NCBI GenBank assembly: GCA_016932015.1
Contig: JAFGDQ010000066.1
Span: forward strand, 23,617-87,616
DNA: 64,000 nucleotides
Source: Spirochaetota bacterium
GTDB taxonomy: Bacteria > Spirochaetota > UBA4802 > JAFGDQ01
Direction of reading: 5' to 3'
Numbering within the stretch: the first letter of the stretch is position 1; every line of letters begins with the position of its first letter. Both the position numbers and the translations under genes were made by a program. The notes beneath the pieces are model-generated. The model was given only the letters and a program-made list of their open reading frames with translations, was not told the DNA's origin and made no database searches. Below are positions 49,444 through 58,477 of the stretch, piece by piece.

Positions 49444-50046
49444 TTAGTATGTTTCAAATTTCAGTTTTGTGCTTTTCAGGTCCTCGACATAGTTGATATT
49501 CGTAAATACATCTCTGGGATCAGCAAATTTCCGGATTTCCTCTTCCGTGATTTCCCTGATATTGAATTTTTGAAACAGCTTTATTATCTGGTAATCATTG
49601 GCTTCTATACTGGCCTTTATCGTATCAATACATGTTTTCGAATAAATCGCGTGCATTGCTTCCCAGTATTTCTTTACAATCGGAACTGTTATCTCATATC
49701 CTTTTGATACGGAAATCATGTATTCAATTAGCTCTGTATTAAGATAAGGCAGATCACTCGCAAAGCAGAAGTTCAGATCAGTTTCCGAATAAACAAGCCC
49801 TGAATAAAGCCCTCCAATCGGCCCTTTTTCCGGTATAATATCCGGCATTACAGGAACATCAAGAAATCCGAATTTTTCTTTATCATCTGCAATAATTATT
49901 ATATGATTAAATATCGGTCTTATAATATTGAATACACGTTCTATCAGAGTAATATCGTTATATTTATATAGCAGCTTATCGCGTCCGAACCTGGTACTTT
50001 TGCCGCCGGCTATAACGAATGCTGTAATATTTTTTTTCTGAGTCAT
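49444..50046 (-). CDS. mobA: Molybdenum cofactor guanylyltransferase
   Basis: AGGKSTRFGRDK, GPIGGL, SDLP, NINYVED. Confidence 0.88.
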   Translation of the reverse strand: MTQKKNITAFVIAGGKSTRFGRDKLLYKYNDITLIERVFNIIRPIFNHIIIIADDKEKFGFLDVPVMPDIIPEKGPIGGLYSGLVYSETDLNFCFASDLPYLNTELIEYMISVSKGYEITVPIVKKYWEAMHAIYSKTCIDTIKASIEANDYQIIKLFQKFNIREITEEEIRKFADPRDVFTNINYVEDLKSTKLKFETY

Positions 50047-50261
50047 AGTAAAATATCAGGTATTAATTGTTGATAGTAAATGCCGCACAGTTAATACATT
50101 ATTAAGAATTGTGTTTGCTTTTGGCATTTACAGGATTGAATACAATATTTCTGAAGGTTTTGTGTCAACTTTTTTCGGTATTAATCGATGAGATAATTTT
50201 CCTGCCTGCATAAAGCAAAAGACTTTTTTGTTAATGCAGTTATGAAAAGGGCACAGTTTTT

Positions 50262-50699
50262 TTATATTCTGTTGAGATAATCTTTCAGGTTATTCTTTTT
50301 GATCTCAAATAAATATATGTCTCTGTCTTTATTTGATTTTTCTTTCCTGAGTTCGCCGTTCCGCTCTATCAGGTTCAGCAGAGCAGCGTTCATGTTTCTG
50401 TCAATTTTTCCCTTCCTTGACTGAACATGTTTCCGCAGGGAAATCAATGCGCGTTTTTTCGCGTATTTTTCAGATATGGCAGTATCATAACTGCTGTCTT
50501 TTGGCTTAACGATTATTATTCTGAAAAGGTTATCCGTAATGAATCCTTCATCCCTGAATTCAGGAGCCGGCTTGTCCTGTAGTTTGTCTTCTCTAACCTG
50601 CTCGTCTGAGCATGCCATAATCGTAAGAATAAAAATGAGAATAAGTAAACCGGTTTTCCTTGCTGCTGCCAGGCTAAAAGTTTTTTCCAATAACGTCAT
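50262..50699 (-). CDS. Hypothetical lipoprotein
   Basis: TIMAC lipobox; EGF motif shared with the adjacent gene. Confidence 0.65.
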   Translation of the reverse strand: MTLLEKTFSLAAARKTGLLILIFILTIMACSDEQVREDKLQDKPAPEFRDEGFITDNLFRIIIVKPKDSSYDTAISEKYAKKRALISLRKHVQSRKGKIDRNMNAALLNLIERNGELRKEKSNKDRDIYLFEIKKNNLKDYLNRI

Positions 50700-51220
50700 T
50701 TGCCTGTCTCTTTGTTTTTTTCATCTTCCCTGACTTTAATATCCGGTTCAATGGATTCAATTTTTTTTACAAGATTATCCCTGAAAATCCGATATACGAT
50801 TATTGCCGAATTATCGGGATTATAATATTCGAAAGCTGTATAACCCGAATTGTAAAACGGCAGCATTTTGTTTTGAAGTTCCTGCTTAACTGACTGTATA
50901 TTCTGAATGACCTTTTCGTCTTTAATATTTAATTTAGCTATATGGTATTGATAATTATAATCAGTAAGACTTTTCAGTACTTTATCTTTAAGCCGGCTTT
51001 TCGCGTCGATTAATGCGCTTTCCCTTGATGCAACCAGGCCCTTTGCTTCATTAACTGGCTTCCCTTTTACAATTACCTGATAATGGTCAGTATCAAGAAA
51101 GCCTTCTGTCGTATAATCATTTAACAGCCTGCTTGTATTATAATATTTGACTGTGCAGCTGAGGGTTGAAAATATAATTACAAATACAGCTGCAGTCAGA
51201 ATACACAGCAATGATCTCAT
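50696..51220 (-). CDS. Hypothetical lipoprotein
   Basis: TLSC lipobox; EGFLDTDHYQVIV. Confidence 0.65.
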   Translation of the reverse strand: MRSLLCILTAAVFVIIFSTLSCTVKYYNTSRLLNDYTTEGFLDTDHYQVIVKGKPVNEAKGLVASRESALIDAKSRLKDKVLKSLTDYNYQYHIAKLNIKDEKVIQNIQSVKQELQNKMLPFYNSGYTAFEYYNPDNSAIIVYRIFRDNLVKKIESIEPDIKVREDEKNKETGK

Positions 51221-51345
51221 AATATTTCTTCCATAGTCTCTAATTATTGCATTTTACGAAATAATTAGCACAAATCCATGCGCAATGAAATTTTTTTTAA
51301 AAATGAATATATGTACTATTTCAATCGTAAAACGCTACAGTCAGA

Positions 51346-53763
51346 TTATTTTGATTTAAGCAGATTGATAATATCCTGTATTTTGTCCCTGTCCGGATGA
51401 TCAGGTTTCATTGACAGCAGTTTCTCATAATGATAAACTGCTTTGTCGTTATCCTTAAGATTTCTGTGATATATTATTCCAAGTTCTTCATGTGCTTCGT
51501 AGAGCCCTGAGTCTATTTTTAAAGCTCTTTCGAATGAATCCGCCGCCTTTCCGTACATCTTGCTGTCTCTGTAGGTAATCCCTAAAAAGAAATGCGCTTT
51601 TGAATTTACAGGGTTTATGTTTAATGCTGTATTGTATTCCTCGATAGCTTCATTGTACATTCCGGATTCTCTGTAGGCTTTTGCAAGATTAAAATGCGCG
51701 TCAAATGATTTTGGATTATTTTCAGTAGCATTTTTGTACTGTTCAATTGCCTTGTCATTAAGATTATTGTTCAGATAAATATTTCCGAGGTTTATATATG
51801 CTTTAGTATAATTCGGATTTGAAGCAATTGCTTTCTGATAATACGCAATGGCGTCATTCTGATTCCCGGAACCTTCATTTGCTTTACCTAATTCATACAG
51901 GGTCGGCGCATCGTCTTTTTTTATCTCCAGGGCTCTTTTAAAAAGAGCAATCGATTCAGTATATTTTTTCTGCTGCGACATCAGAAGTCCCATGTTGAAA
52001 TATGCCTGGGTGTATTCCGGGTCAAGTTCAACTGTTTTCTGATAGAACTGAATCGCATTATTATATGATTTCATTTCATGGTAAGTCTCTGCCACTTTGA
52101 AATTCGTATCAGGATTATTCGGCCTCAGCTTTTTGTCTTCAGTGAAGTTGTTCAGGGCTTCGTTAAAATTTTTACTTTTCAGATAAATATCCCCCAGGTT
52201 AAAATACGCTCTGTCGAGTTTCGGGTCCTGGCGTACCGATTTTTTCAGATCTTTTATAGCCTGCCTGCTGTCATTCAGCTTAAGATAGGCAAGCCCTCTT
52301 GAGTAGTACGCTTTGGGAAACATCGGCTCTTCCTTAATTGCCCTGTTAAATGATTTTACTGCAGCATCATATTTCCCTTCTATATAATAAAGCAGTCCCA
52401 GACGGTAATGTGAATCAGCCCGTTTCGGGTTTGCTATAATAGCGTTTTTATACGATTTTTGCGCCTCATCAAGAATGTCGCCATGGTCATAAATTCTTCC
52501 TCTCCAGTAATGTGAATGATCGTCATTGTTGTCAATTTCAACAGCTTTACCGTATGCATTTAACGCTGCATCATATTTCTTCTCATCTCTCAGCTTGTCT
52601 CCAAGTTCTCTCCATTTTGTCGCTTCAGCGTTTTTATTGTCAGGCTTTTTAATTTCCGGTTTCTTTACAGGTTCCGGAACATCTTTTGTCAGGTCATCCT
52701 TATCTGTTATTACCGGTTTTTTTACAGGAGCCGGCTTTGGAGTTTCCATGACCGGATCGTTTTTAGCGATTTCACGATGCTTCGATTCCTCCCTGACTGC
52801 AATTCTGTCAGAATCTTTTTTCCTGATATTTCTTAAAGCTTTCGCGTATTTGCCTCTGAGGTCCTTGTCTCTGCTGTTGTAGCCAAGGGCTTTCCTGTAA
52901 TAATCTGCTGCTTTTTCCCAGTCTCCTAATCTGGCGTAAATATCTCCAAGCCTTTCCCAGGCTGCCGCGTCTTTCGGGTCAACTTTTACCGCTTTCTCAA
53001 GAGACGCAATCGCATCGTCCATCCTGTTAAGCCTAATATTTGCATCCGCCTGTCCTCTGTAATATCTTGAGCGGTTGGGATTAAGGGAGATCGCCTTGTC
53101 AAAATTATTTTTTGCGTCACTGTATTCATTCAATGCCATGTGAACTCGGCCGAGATTATAGTATCCTTCCGGATCGTTCGGATTTGCTTTTATTCCCTGT
53201 TTTACAATCGCAATAGCACCTTTGCCGTCACCTGCGCGCAGTCTCTGCTTTGCTATGTTCCAGTAGCTTTCCTGGTCTTTGGGCGCGACTTTTCTGGCCA
53301 TATCATATTCGGCCAGTGCTTTTTTTAGCTTTTCCTGATCGTCAAAAACATTTCCTAGTCTGTTATATGCTTTGGGATATTTCGGGAAATATTTTTTCGC
53401 GAGCTCGAGCATCCTGATCGCATTGTCGTAATCCCCCTTCAGGGCATAAGCATGCCCCAGTTCATTAAGAGCTTCATAATTCTTCGGATCAATTTCCAGA
53501 GCTTTTTTGTAATATTCAATTGCAGTGTCAATATCCCCGATATCCTTATACAGGGATCCTATTTTTACAAGTATGCCTGTATTATTCGGATCTGTTTCAA
53601 GTATCTGCTTATACAGTTCTATCTGCTGCATACGTAGGTCTTTTATGTCACCTGAGGAATCATCATTGCGCAGCATGAAATATGCTCCGCCAATCAGCAG
53701 CGCGAGTATTAAAACCGCAGCTCCGCCTATTTTTACATTTCTGTACCTGTCGTAACTTGACAT
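51346..53763 (-). CDS. Membrane-anchored multi-TPR protein
   Basis: N-terminal TM, many 34-aa TPR units, central Pro/Lys-rich linker. Confidence 0.9.
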   Translation of the reverse strand: MSSYDRYRNVKIGGAAVLILALLIGGAYFMLRNDDSSGDIKDLRMQQIELYKQILETDPNNTGILVKIGSLYKDIGDIDTAIEYYKKALEIDPKNYEALNELGHAYALKGDYDNAIRMLELAKKYFPKYPKAYNRLGNVFDDQEKLKKALAEYDMARKVAPKDQESYWNIAKQRLRAGDGKGAIAIVKQGIKANPNDPEGYYNLGRVHMALNEYSDAKNNFDKAISLNPNRSRYYRGQADANIRLNRMDDAIASLEKAVKVDPKDAAAWERLGDIYARLGDWEKAADYYRKALGYNSRDKDLRGKYAKALRNIRKKDSDRIAVREESKHREIAKNDPVMETPKPAPVKKPVITDKDDLTKDVPEPVKKPEIKKPDNKNAEATKWRELGDKLRDEKKYDAALNAYGKAVEIDNNDDHSHYWRGRIYDHGDILDEAQKSYKNAIIANPKRADSHYRLGLLYYIEGKYDAAVKSFNRAIKEEPMFPKAYYSRGLAYLKLNDSRQAIKDLKKSVRQDPKLDRAYFNLGDIYLKSKNFNEALNNFTEDKKLRPNNPDTNFKVAETYHEMKSYNNAIQFYQKTVELDPEYTQAYFNMGLLMSQQKKYTESIALFKRALEIKKDDAPTLYELGKANEGSGNQNDAIAYYQKAIASNPNYTKAYINLGNIYLNNNLNDKAIEQYKNATENNPKSFDAHFNLAKAYRESGMYNEAIEEYNTALNINPVNSKAHFFLGITYRDSKMYGKAADSFERALKIDSGLYEAHEELGIIYHRNLKDNDKAVYHYEKLLSMKPDHPDRDKIQDIINLLKSK

Positions 53764-53852
53764 CAAATCCTCCGGATATTATTTAAATAGTTGTTATATT
53801 TTGGATTATAAAAATACAAGGTTGTCATAACTAAGGTTATAGCGTATGAATT

Positions 53853-54572
53853 TTACAGGTCGTCATCCCTGTAAATTCCTTCCATTTTTGATTTGGTCTT
53901 TTTATCCTCATGGCCTGCTTTTTTTTCTTTTGCTTTTCTGTCAGCGGCGCTCATGAGAGAGCCTCCAAGATGAAGTGCTTCTTCTATGGAAATGTCGCTC
54001 CCCGGAGGCGGCAGTACAAAGTTCGGGTCTTTTAAAAGTTCGATCGCTCTTCTGATTTTTTCATACTGGGTATCTTCAGGGGCAATACTGAGAAATTTTT
54101 CCCAGTTTTGTATGGTTCCGTCTTTATCGCGTTTAAGCATCAAATAGGAAAGTCCTATATGATAATAGGCAAATGTGAGCCTGGGGTCTTGTTTGTATGA
54201 CTTTACAAAGTTTCCTATTGCAAGTTCCGGGTTTTTTTTATAATAGTAAATCTGTCCGATCCTGAAATAATTTTCTGCATTGTCCGGGTTTATATCCAGA
54301 GCTTTCCGGTAGAGATTCAACGCTCCGTCGAAACGTTTTTTAGAGAGAAAAATATCTCCAAGATATGAATAGGCAAGCGCGTTTTCAGGATTTTTCTTCA
54401 GCTCTTCCTGAAACAGAATTTCAGCCATTTCGAGTTTTTTCTGATAGAAATACTTTACAGCCTTGTCAAAGGTTTCTTCCTTCTTTTCCTTCTTGGAATA
54501 AGCATTGCCTGATGCTGCAAATATTAAACAAATAATAATTAAAAATATATTCAGTTTTTTAATAGAATTCAT
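53853..54572 (-). CDS. Secreted TPR protein
   Basis: Signal peptide; about four TPRs (AYSYLGDI, NYFRIGQI, AYYHIGLS). Confidence 0.85.
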   Translation of the reverse strand: MNSIKKLNIFLIIICLIFAASGNAYSKKEKKEETFDKAVKYFYQKKLEMAEILFQEELKKNPENALAYSYLGDIFLSKKRFDGALNLYRKALDINPDNAENYFRIGQIYYYKKNPELAIGNFVKSYKQDPRLTFAYYHIGLSYLMLKRDKDGTIQNWEKFLSIAPEDTQYEKIRRAIELLKDPNFVLPPPGSDISIEEALHLGGSLMSAADRKAKEKKAGHEDKKTKSKMEGIYRDDDL

Positions 54573-54737
54573 ATTTTATCCCTTATAATAATATCGTCAC
54601 TGGAGTATATCTAATTAATGATATAATTTTTACGGGCAAAGGCAAGTTTATTATTATAAAAGCGGCATGAAATTATCAAACCTGGATGACTTTATTGTAA
54701 TCTTGTACATATTTTAGCAGGATAAACAATTGAAACA

Positions 54738-54832
54738 TTCTCGCAAAGACGCGAAAGCGCAAAGAACCAAAAAGTAAATAAAAGATAATTAAAAGCATCT
54801 CTAAACTTTGCGTCCTGGTGTCTTGGCGAGAA
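54738..54832. repeat. REP/MITE-like imperfect inverted repeat
   Basis: 27-nt arms TTCTCGCAAAGACGCGAAAGCGCAAAG and CTTTGCGTCCTGGTGTCTTGGCGAGAA (21/27 complementary) around a 41-nt AT-rich spacer. Confidence 0.65.
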
Positions 54833-54843
54833 ATTATTTCTTA

Positions 54844-55488
54844 CTATAGCGAAGCGAATCTTACACCCATATCATATGCTTTTTTCAGGTCTTTCGGAAA
54901 TATCTGTTCACGCCTTGTTATTCTTACAGATGGATCAAACAGTTCAAATACTACTTTGGAATAGTCCTCAAACTGAAGCGTTTCATAACTGCATAATGTT
55001 TCCGAAGACCCGAACAGCATTTTCGTCATCATTTCATTTGATTCTAAGTATTTGTCATATCCGACATCCTTCATTACTGCTTCAGGGGCATTCATGGTGT
55101 AAATAAGCCCGATATTTATTTTTTTTTTGAAAAGAGAACGCGGCGGGCCTGAATATACAAGATACGGAAACATGAATCTTTCCATAAATGATCTCATTTC
55201 GCCTGTCGTGTTCCCGAAATATATCGGGGAACCCAGAATAACGGCATCAGCTTCAGCAGCATTTTCAAGAACAGGCTTTAGATCGTCATTTACTGAACAT
55301 TTACCGTAGCTTTTTCCGTCTTTTATTTTGCACGCAAAGCAGCTTGTGCACCCGGTATACTTAAGGTCATACAGGTGAATCATTTCCGTTTCAGCGCCTT
55401 TTGATGCTGCTCCTTCAAGCGTTTTTTCAAGCATCATGGCTGTATTCCATTTTTTCCGCGGACTGCCGTTTACTGCCAGAACTTTCAT
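54844..55488 (-). CDS. Iron-sulfur flavoprotein / NADPH-dependent FMN reductase family
   Basis: NGSPRKKWNT, CTSCFAC-x8-C, GSPIYFG. Confidence 0.9.
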   Translation of the reverse strand: MKVLAVNGSPRKKWNTAMMLEKTLEGAASKGAETEMIHLYDLKYTGCTSCFACKIKDGKSYGKCSVNDDLKPVLENAAEADAVILGSPIYFGNTTGEMRSFMERFMFPYLVYSGPPRSLFKKKINIGLIYTMNAPEAVMKDVGYDKYLESNEMMTKMLFGSSETLCSYETLQFEDYSKVVFELFDPSVRITRREQIFPKDLKKAYDMGVRFASL

Positions 55489-55523
55489 ATTTTTCCTCCC
55501 GTTTAACTATGTTTGTTTATAAT

Positions 55524-56327
55524 CTATTGAAAATATTTTGCAGAGTATTTTTCTATGCCTGCCAGAATTTTATTTCTGAGTTCAACGATACGGTTGTTAT
55601 CAACTGTTAAATAATCATAGTTAAAATATTTGTCATTAAGATAAAGCGAACTGGATACGGAAAGCCTGAGCATCGGTATCTTTAATTTGCCGTATTGTTC
55701 CATAATATATCCTGAAAACGCGGGCTTGTTTAATGAAAATTTTTCAGAAACCGTAAATTCTTCATTATTAAAGTATTTTTTAAAAGAAGAAAGTAAAAAA
55801 TCGGCAAGTTCGTCAGAACATGTTTTTTGTTTCCCTGAACCGTTTTTATTTATGTTTTCAATATTGATAAGAGGCCTGGGCCTGCCTGAGTCAGAAGCAA
55901 AGCGCGGCCCTACAGGCATCATAGTGTGGCATTCAAGAATGAGCTTTATCTGTTCGTCACTAATAATTTTTTCTATCCTCTGATGAAAGGAGTGATAGTA
56001 TCTGTTTAGAATATTTTTGATTGCTATTTCGTCAGGGAAGATTGTGTCTTTGAATATTTTTCTGCCGCTGATGGACTGCTGTTTGATTACTCCGTCTTCA
56101 GGATAGGGGGAAGTCATGACAGGAGGTCGGTCGCAGTCTATAAAGAGTCTGGATATGAAGCTGTTTACAATAAAGACAGCAGTGTCAAAATTGAAAAGTT
56201 CATTTGCGTAAACGTCTGATTCAATGAATATACCGAATTCATCAATTTGTTCGTATCCGGACAGTTCATCCGGTATCTGCCTGCCGCCGTGAGGAATAAT
56301 AACAAGAATCGGAAGTTTATGTCTCAT
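55524..56327 (-). CDS. N-formylglutamate amidohydrolase family protein
   Basis: IPHGG, SRLFIDCDR, YYHSFH, ECHTM. Confidence 0.8.
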   Translation of the reverse strand: MRHKLPILVIIPHGGRQIPDELSGYEQIDEFGIFIESDVYANELFNFDTAVFIVNSFISRLFIDCDRPPVMTSPYPEDGVIKQQSISGRKIFKDTIFPDEIAIKNILNRYYHSFHQRIEKIISDEQIKLILECHTMMPVGPRFASDSGRPRPLINIENINKNGSGKQKTCSDELADFLLSSFKKYFNNEEFTVSEKFSLNKPAFSGYIMEQYGKLKIPMLRLSVSSSLYLNDKYFNYDYLTVDNNRIVELRNKILAGIEKYSAKYFQ

Positions 56328-56485
56328 TTCCCGGTATATTATTCAGCCTGATTATTCAGTTATTGCTGACTTTTACAATATATGTTAAGGAGGTGTATGT
56401 TTCCTGTTCCTTATAAGCGCGTTTTATTTACGGCTTTGCTATCAGTTCAGAAGCTGCTCTAATCCTGATCTGATAATAAAAAAAC

Positions 56486-57982
56486 CTACAGATACTTCGG
56501 TTTGGTATAAGCATACATATCATGCACTCCGCCTTCCATCTGCGCTGACATTGATCTTAATTCGAACTTCAGGTCTCCTGAATACAGCAGTTCATGCAGA
56601 CTGTATATATCCTTCGCACCTATATCCTGAAAAGAGTGCTTCAGGCCCTGGATTAAATAAAGAACATATTCTAACAGGGAGCCTTTATCCATTACTGATC
56701 CTGATACGCCCTGGGCAACCTTTATTGCAGCGTCTTCAGCGAAATATCTTTTCTCGCCGCCTTCCTTCATTGCTTCAAGCGATGCCATGCCTCTGTATTT
56801 CTTCAGCCTTATGCCGTTTTCATAAAAATATTCGCCCGGTGCTTCTTCCGTTCCGGCGAACATGGAGCCCATCATAACTGTTGACGCTCCGATTGAGAGC
56901 GCTTTGGTAATGTGGCCTATGTTTGCTATACCTCCATCGGCTATTACAGGGACATTATTTTTTCTGGAGAATCTGGCGCATTTGAAAATAGCGTTTGCCT
57001 GTGCTCTGCCTACTGCCATGGTTGTCTGAGTTGTGCATATGGAGCCCGGGCCCATGCCTATTCTGAGAGCATCTGCTCCGGCTTTTATCAGATTACTGCA
57101 CTGGTCTTCGGTAACTACATTGCCGCCTACAACATCTATTTCCGGATATTTGTTTTTAACGTATTTTATCATATCTATCTGGAATCTGGAATTGCCCTGT
57201 GCGGAATCAATAACAACAACGTTTACTCCGGCTTCTACAAGCGCATCGAGCCTTTCCTTTGATTCGTCCTTTGTTGAAATAGCGGCTCCTACCATGAGCT
57301 GTTTTCTGTCGTCCTTTGAGGCGAAAGGGAACTCCCTGTTGGTCACAAGGTCATTCCTGCTCATCAGTGCTACAAGATTGCCTTTTTCATCCACGATGGG
57401 CAGTTTGCCCTTTTTGGATTTTTTAAGAATGTCATTGGCTTCTTTGAGGGATATTCCTTTTTTCGCGGTAACAAGATCAGTGGTCATTACTTCGCGTAAT
57501 TTTTTCCCTCTGTTGTTTTCAAAATCAGTATCCCGGTTTGTTACTATACCTATCAGTTTTGAATTTAATTCTCCGCTTTCCGTTATTGGGATACCTGAAA
57601 ATCCGTATTTTTCTTTGATGGCATATATATCCGCTATTGTATGATCAGCTGATAAAACTACCGGATTATTTATAAAACCGTTTTCATATCTTTTTACTTT
57701 ACGGACTTCCTCATACTGTTCCTGAATTGTATTATTATAATGAATAAACCCTATTCCTCCGAGTAATGCGAGACCAATTGCCATTCTGCATTCGGTTACT
57801 GTGTCCATCGGGCTTGAAGTAAGCGGTTTTTTAATTTTCAGATTTCTTGTAAGGTTGGTTTCCAGGGATACGTCTTCAACATTGAAGTCAATGTATCCGG
57901 GAAGAATTATGAAATCATCGTATGCTATGCCTTTATTGGTATCGAACAGCCCGCTGGCGGAACTGCCGTCATTATTTGTCAT
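56486..57982 (-). CDS. guaB: IMP dehydrogenase with CBS pair, eukaryote-type sequence
   Basis: [26 protein letters not shown] (catalytic Cys), IADGG, YRGMAS, VAQGVSG. Confidence 0.96.
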   Translation of the reverse strand: MTNNDGSSASGLFDTNKGIAYDDFIILPGYIDFNVEDVSLETNLTRNLKIKKPLTSSPMDTVTECRMAIGLALLGGIGFIHYNNTIQEQYEEVRKVKRYENGFINNPVVLSADHTIADIYAIKEKYGFSGIPITESGELNSKLIGIVTNRDTDFENNRGKKLREVMTTDLVTAKKGISLKEANDILKKSKKGKLPIVDEKGNLVALMSRNDLVTNREFPFASKDDRKQLMVGAAISTKDESKERLDALVEAGVNVVVIDSAQGNSRFQIDMIKYVKNKYPEIDVVGGNVVTEDQCSNLIKAGADALRIGMGPGSICTTQTTMAVGRAQANAIFKCARFSRKNNVPVIADGGIANIGHITKALSIGASTVMMGSMFAGTEEAPGEYFYENGIRLKKYRGMASLEAMKEGGEKRYFAEDAAIKVAQGVSGSVMDKGSLLEYVLYLIQGLKHSFQDIGAKDIYSLHELLYSGDLKFELRSMSAQMEGGVHDMYAYTKPKYL

Positions 57983-58477
57983 AAATATTACTCCTGAGAA
58001 ATTTTTATGTTGTATATATTTAATATTAAATTATACCTGAATAATAAAAATTCAAGTAAAAATGTTTAAAACAGCTTAATTCCAGAAATTTTATATGTAA
58101 CTCATTATTGTGAATAACCTGTTTTATATTTGGACTAATTTGGGGAAATATCTTTTTATTGTCAATTTATTATAGAAAATTTTCTGTTATTAGTGTTTTT
58201 ATAATATTTGTTCCTGATTTATTGATTTTTCCTGCCTCATTCCTGCTGCAGAATACTATCCATTGCCCGGTCTTTTCGTATAAATAGATTACGTTTTATT
58301 ATGTTGACATATTTATAAAAAATTAAAAATTATATGTCTATTAATACTCTTAAGAAACTGAATTTAAAAGGACATTTTTTATGCTTTTTGCAGTTTTTTC
58401 TGAATTTGTCCCCGCCCTTCGGGCAGGGTGGATTGTTAATAAAATAGTGAAATATAAATAAACACTGGGAGCAATTA

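Noticed and set aside
51346-53763. Periodicity suggesting a DNA repeat array or CRISPR
   Set aside because: Protein-level TPR repeats only; no identical DNA repeats with spacers and no cas genes seen in the window.
57033-57644. 203-aa plus-strand ORF and similar shadow ORFs (e.g. 30542-31126, 59735-60205, 11526-11951)
   Set aside because: Antisense or off-frame overlaps of well-supported genes with no recognisable motifs.
58365-58435. PyrR-type attenuator or riboswitch before carB
   Set aside because: Only a small GCCC-TTCG-GGC hairpin; no PyrR consensus or terminator U-tract.
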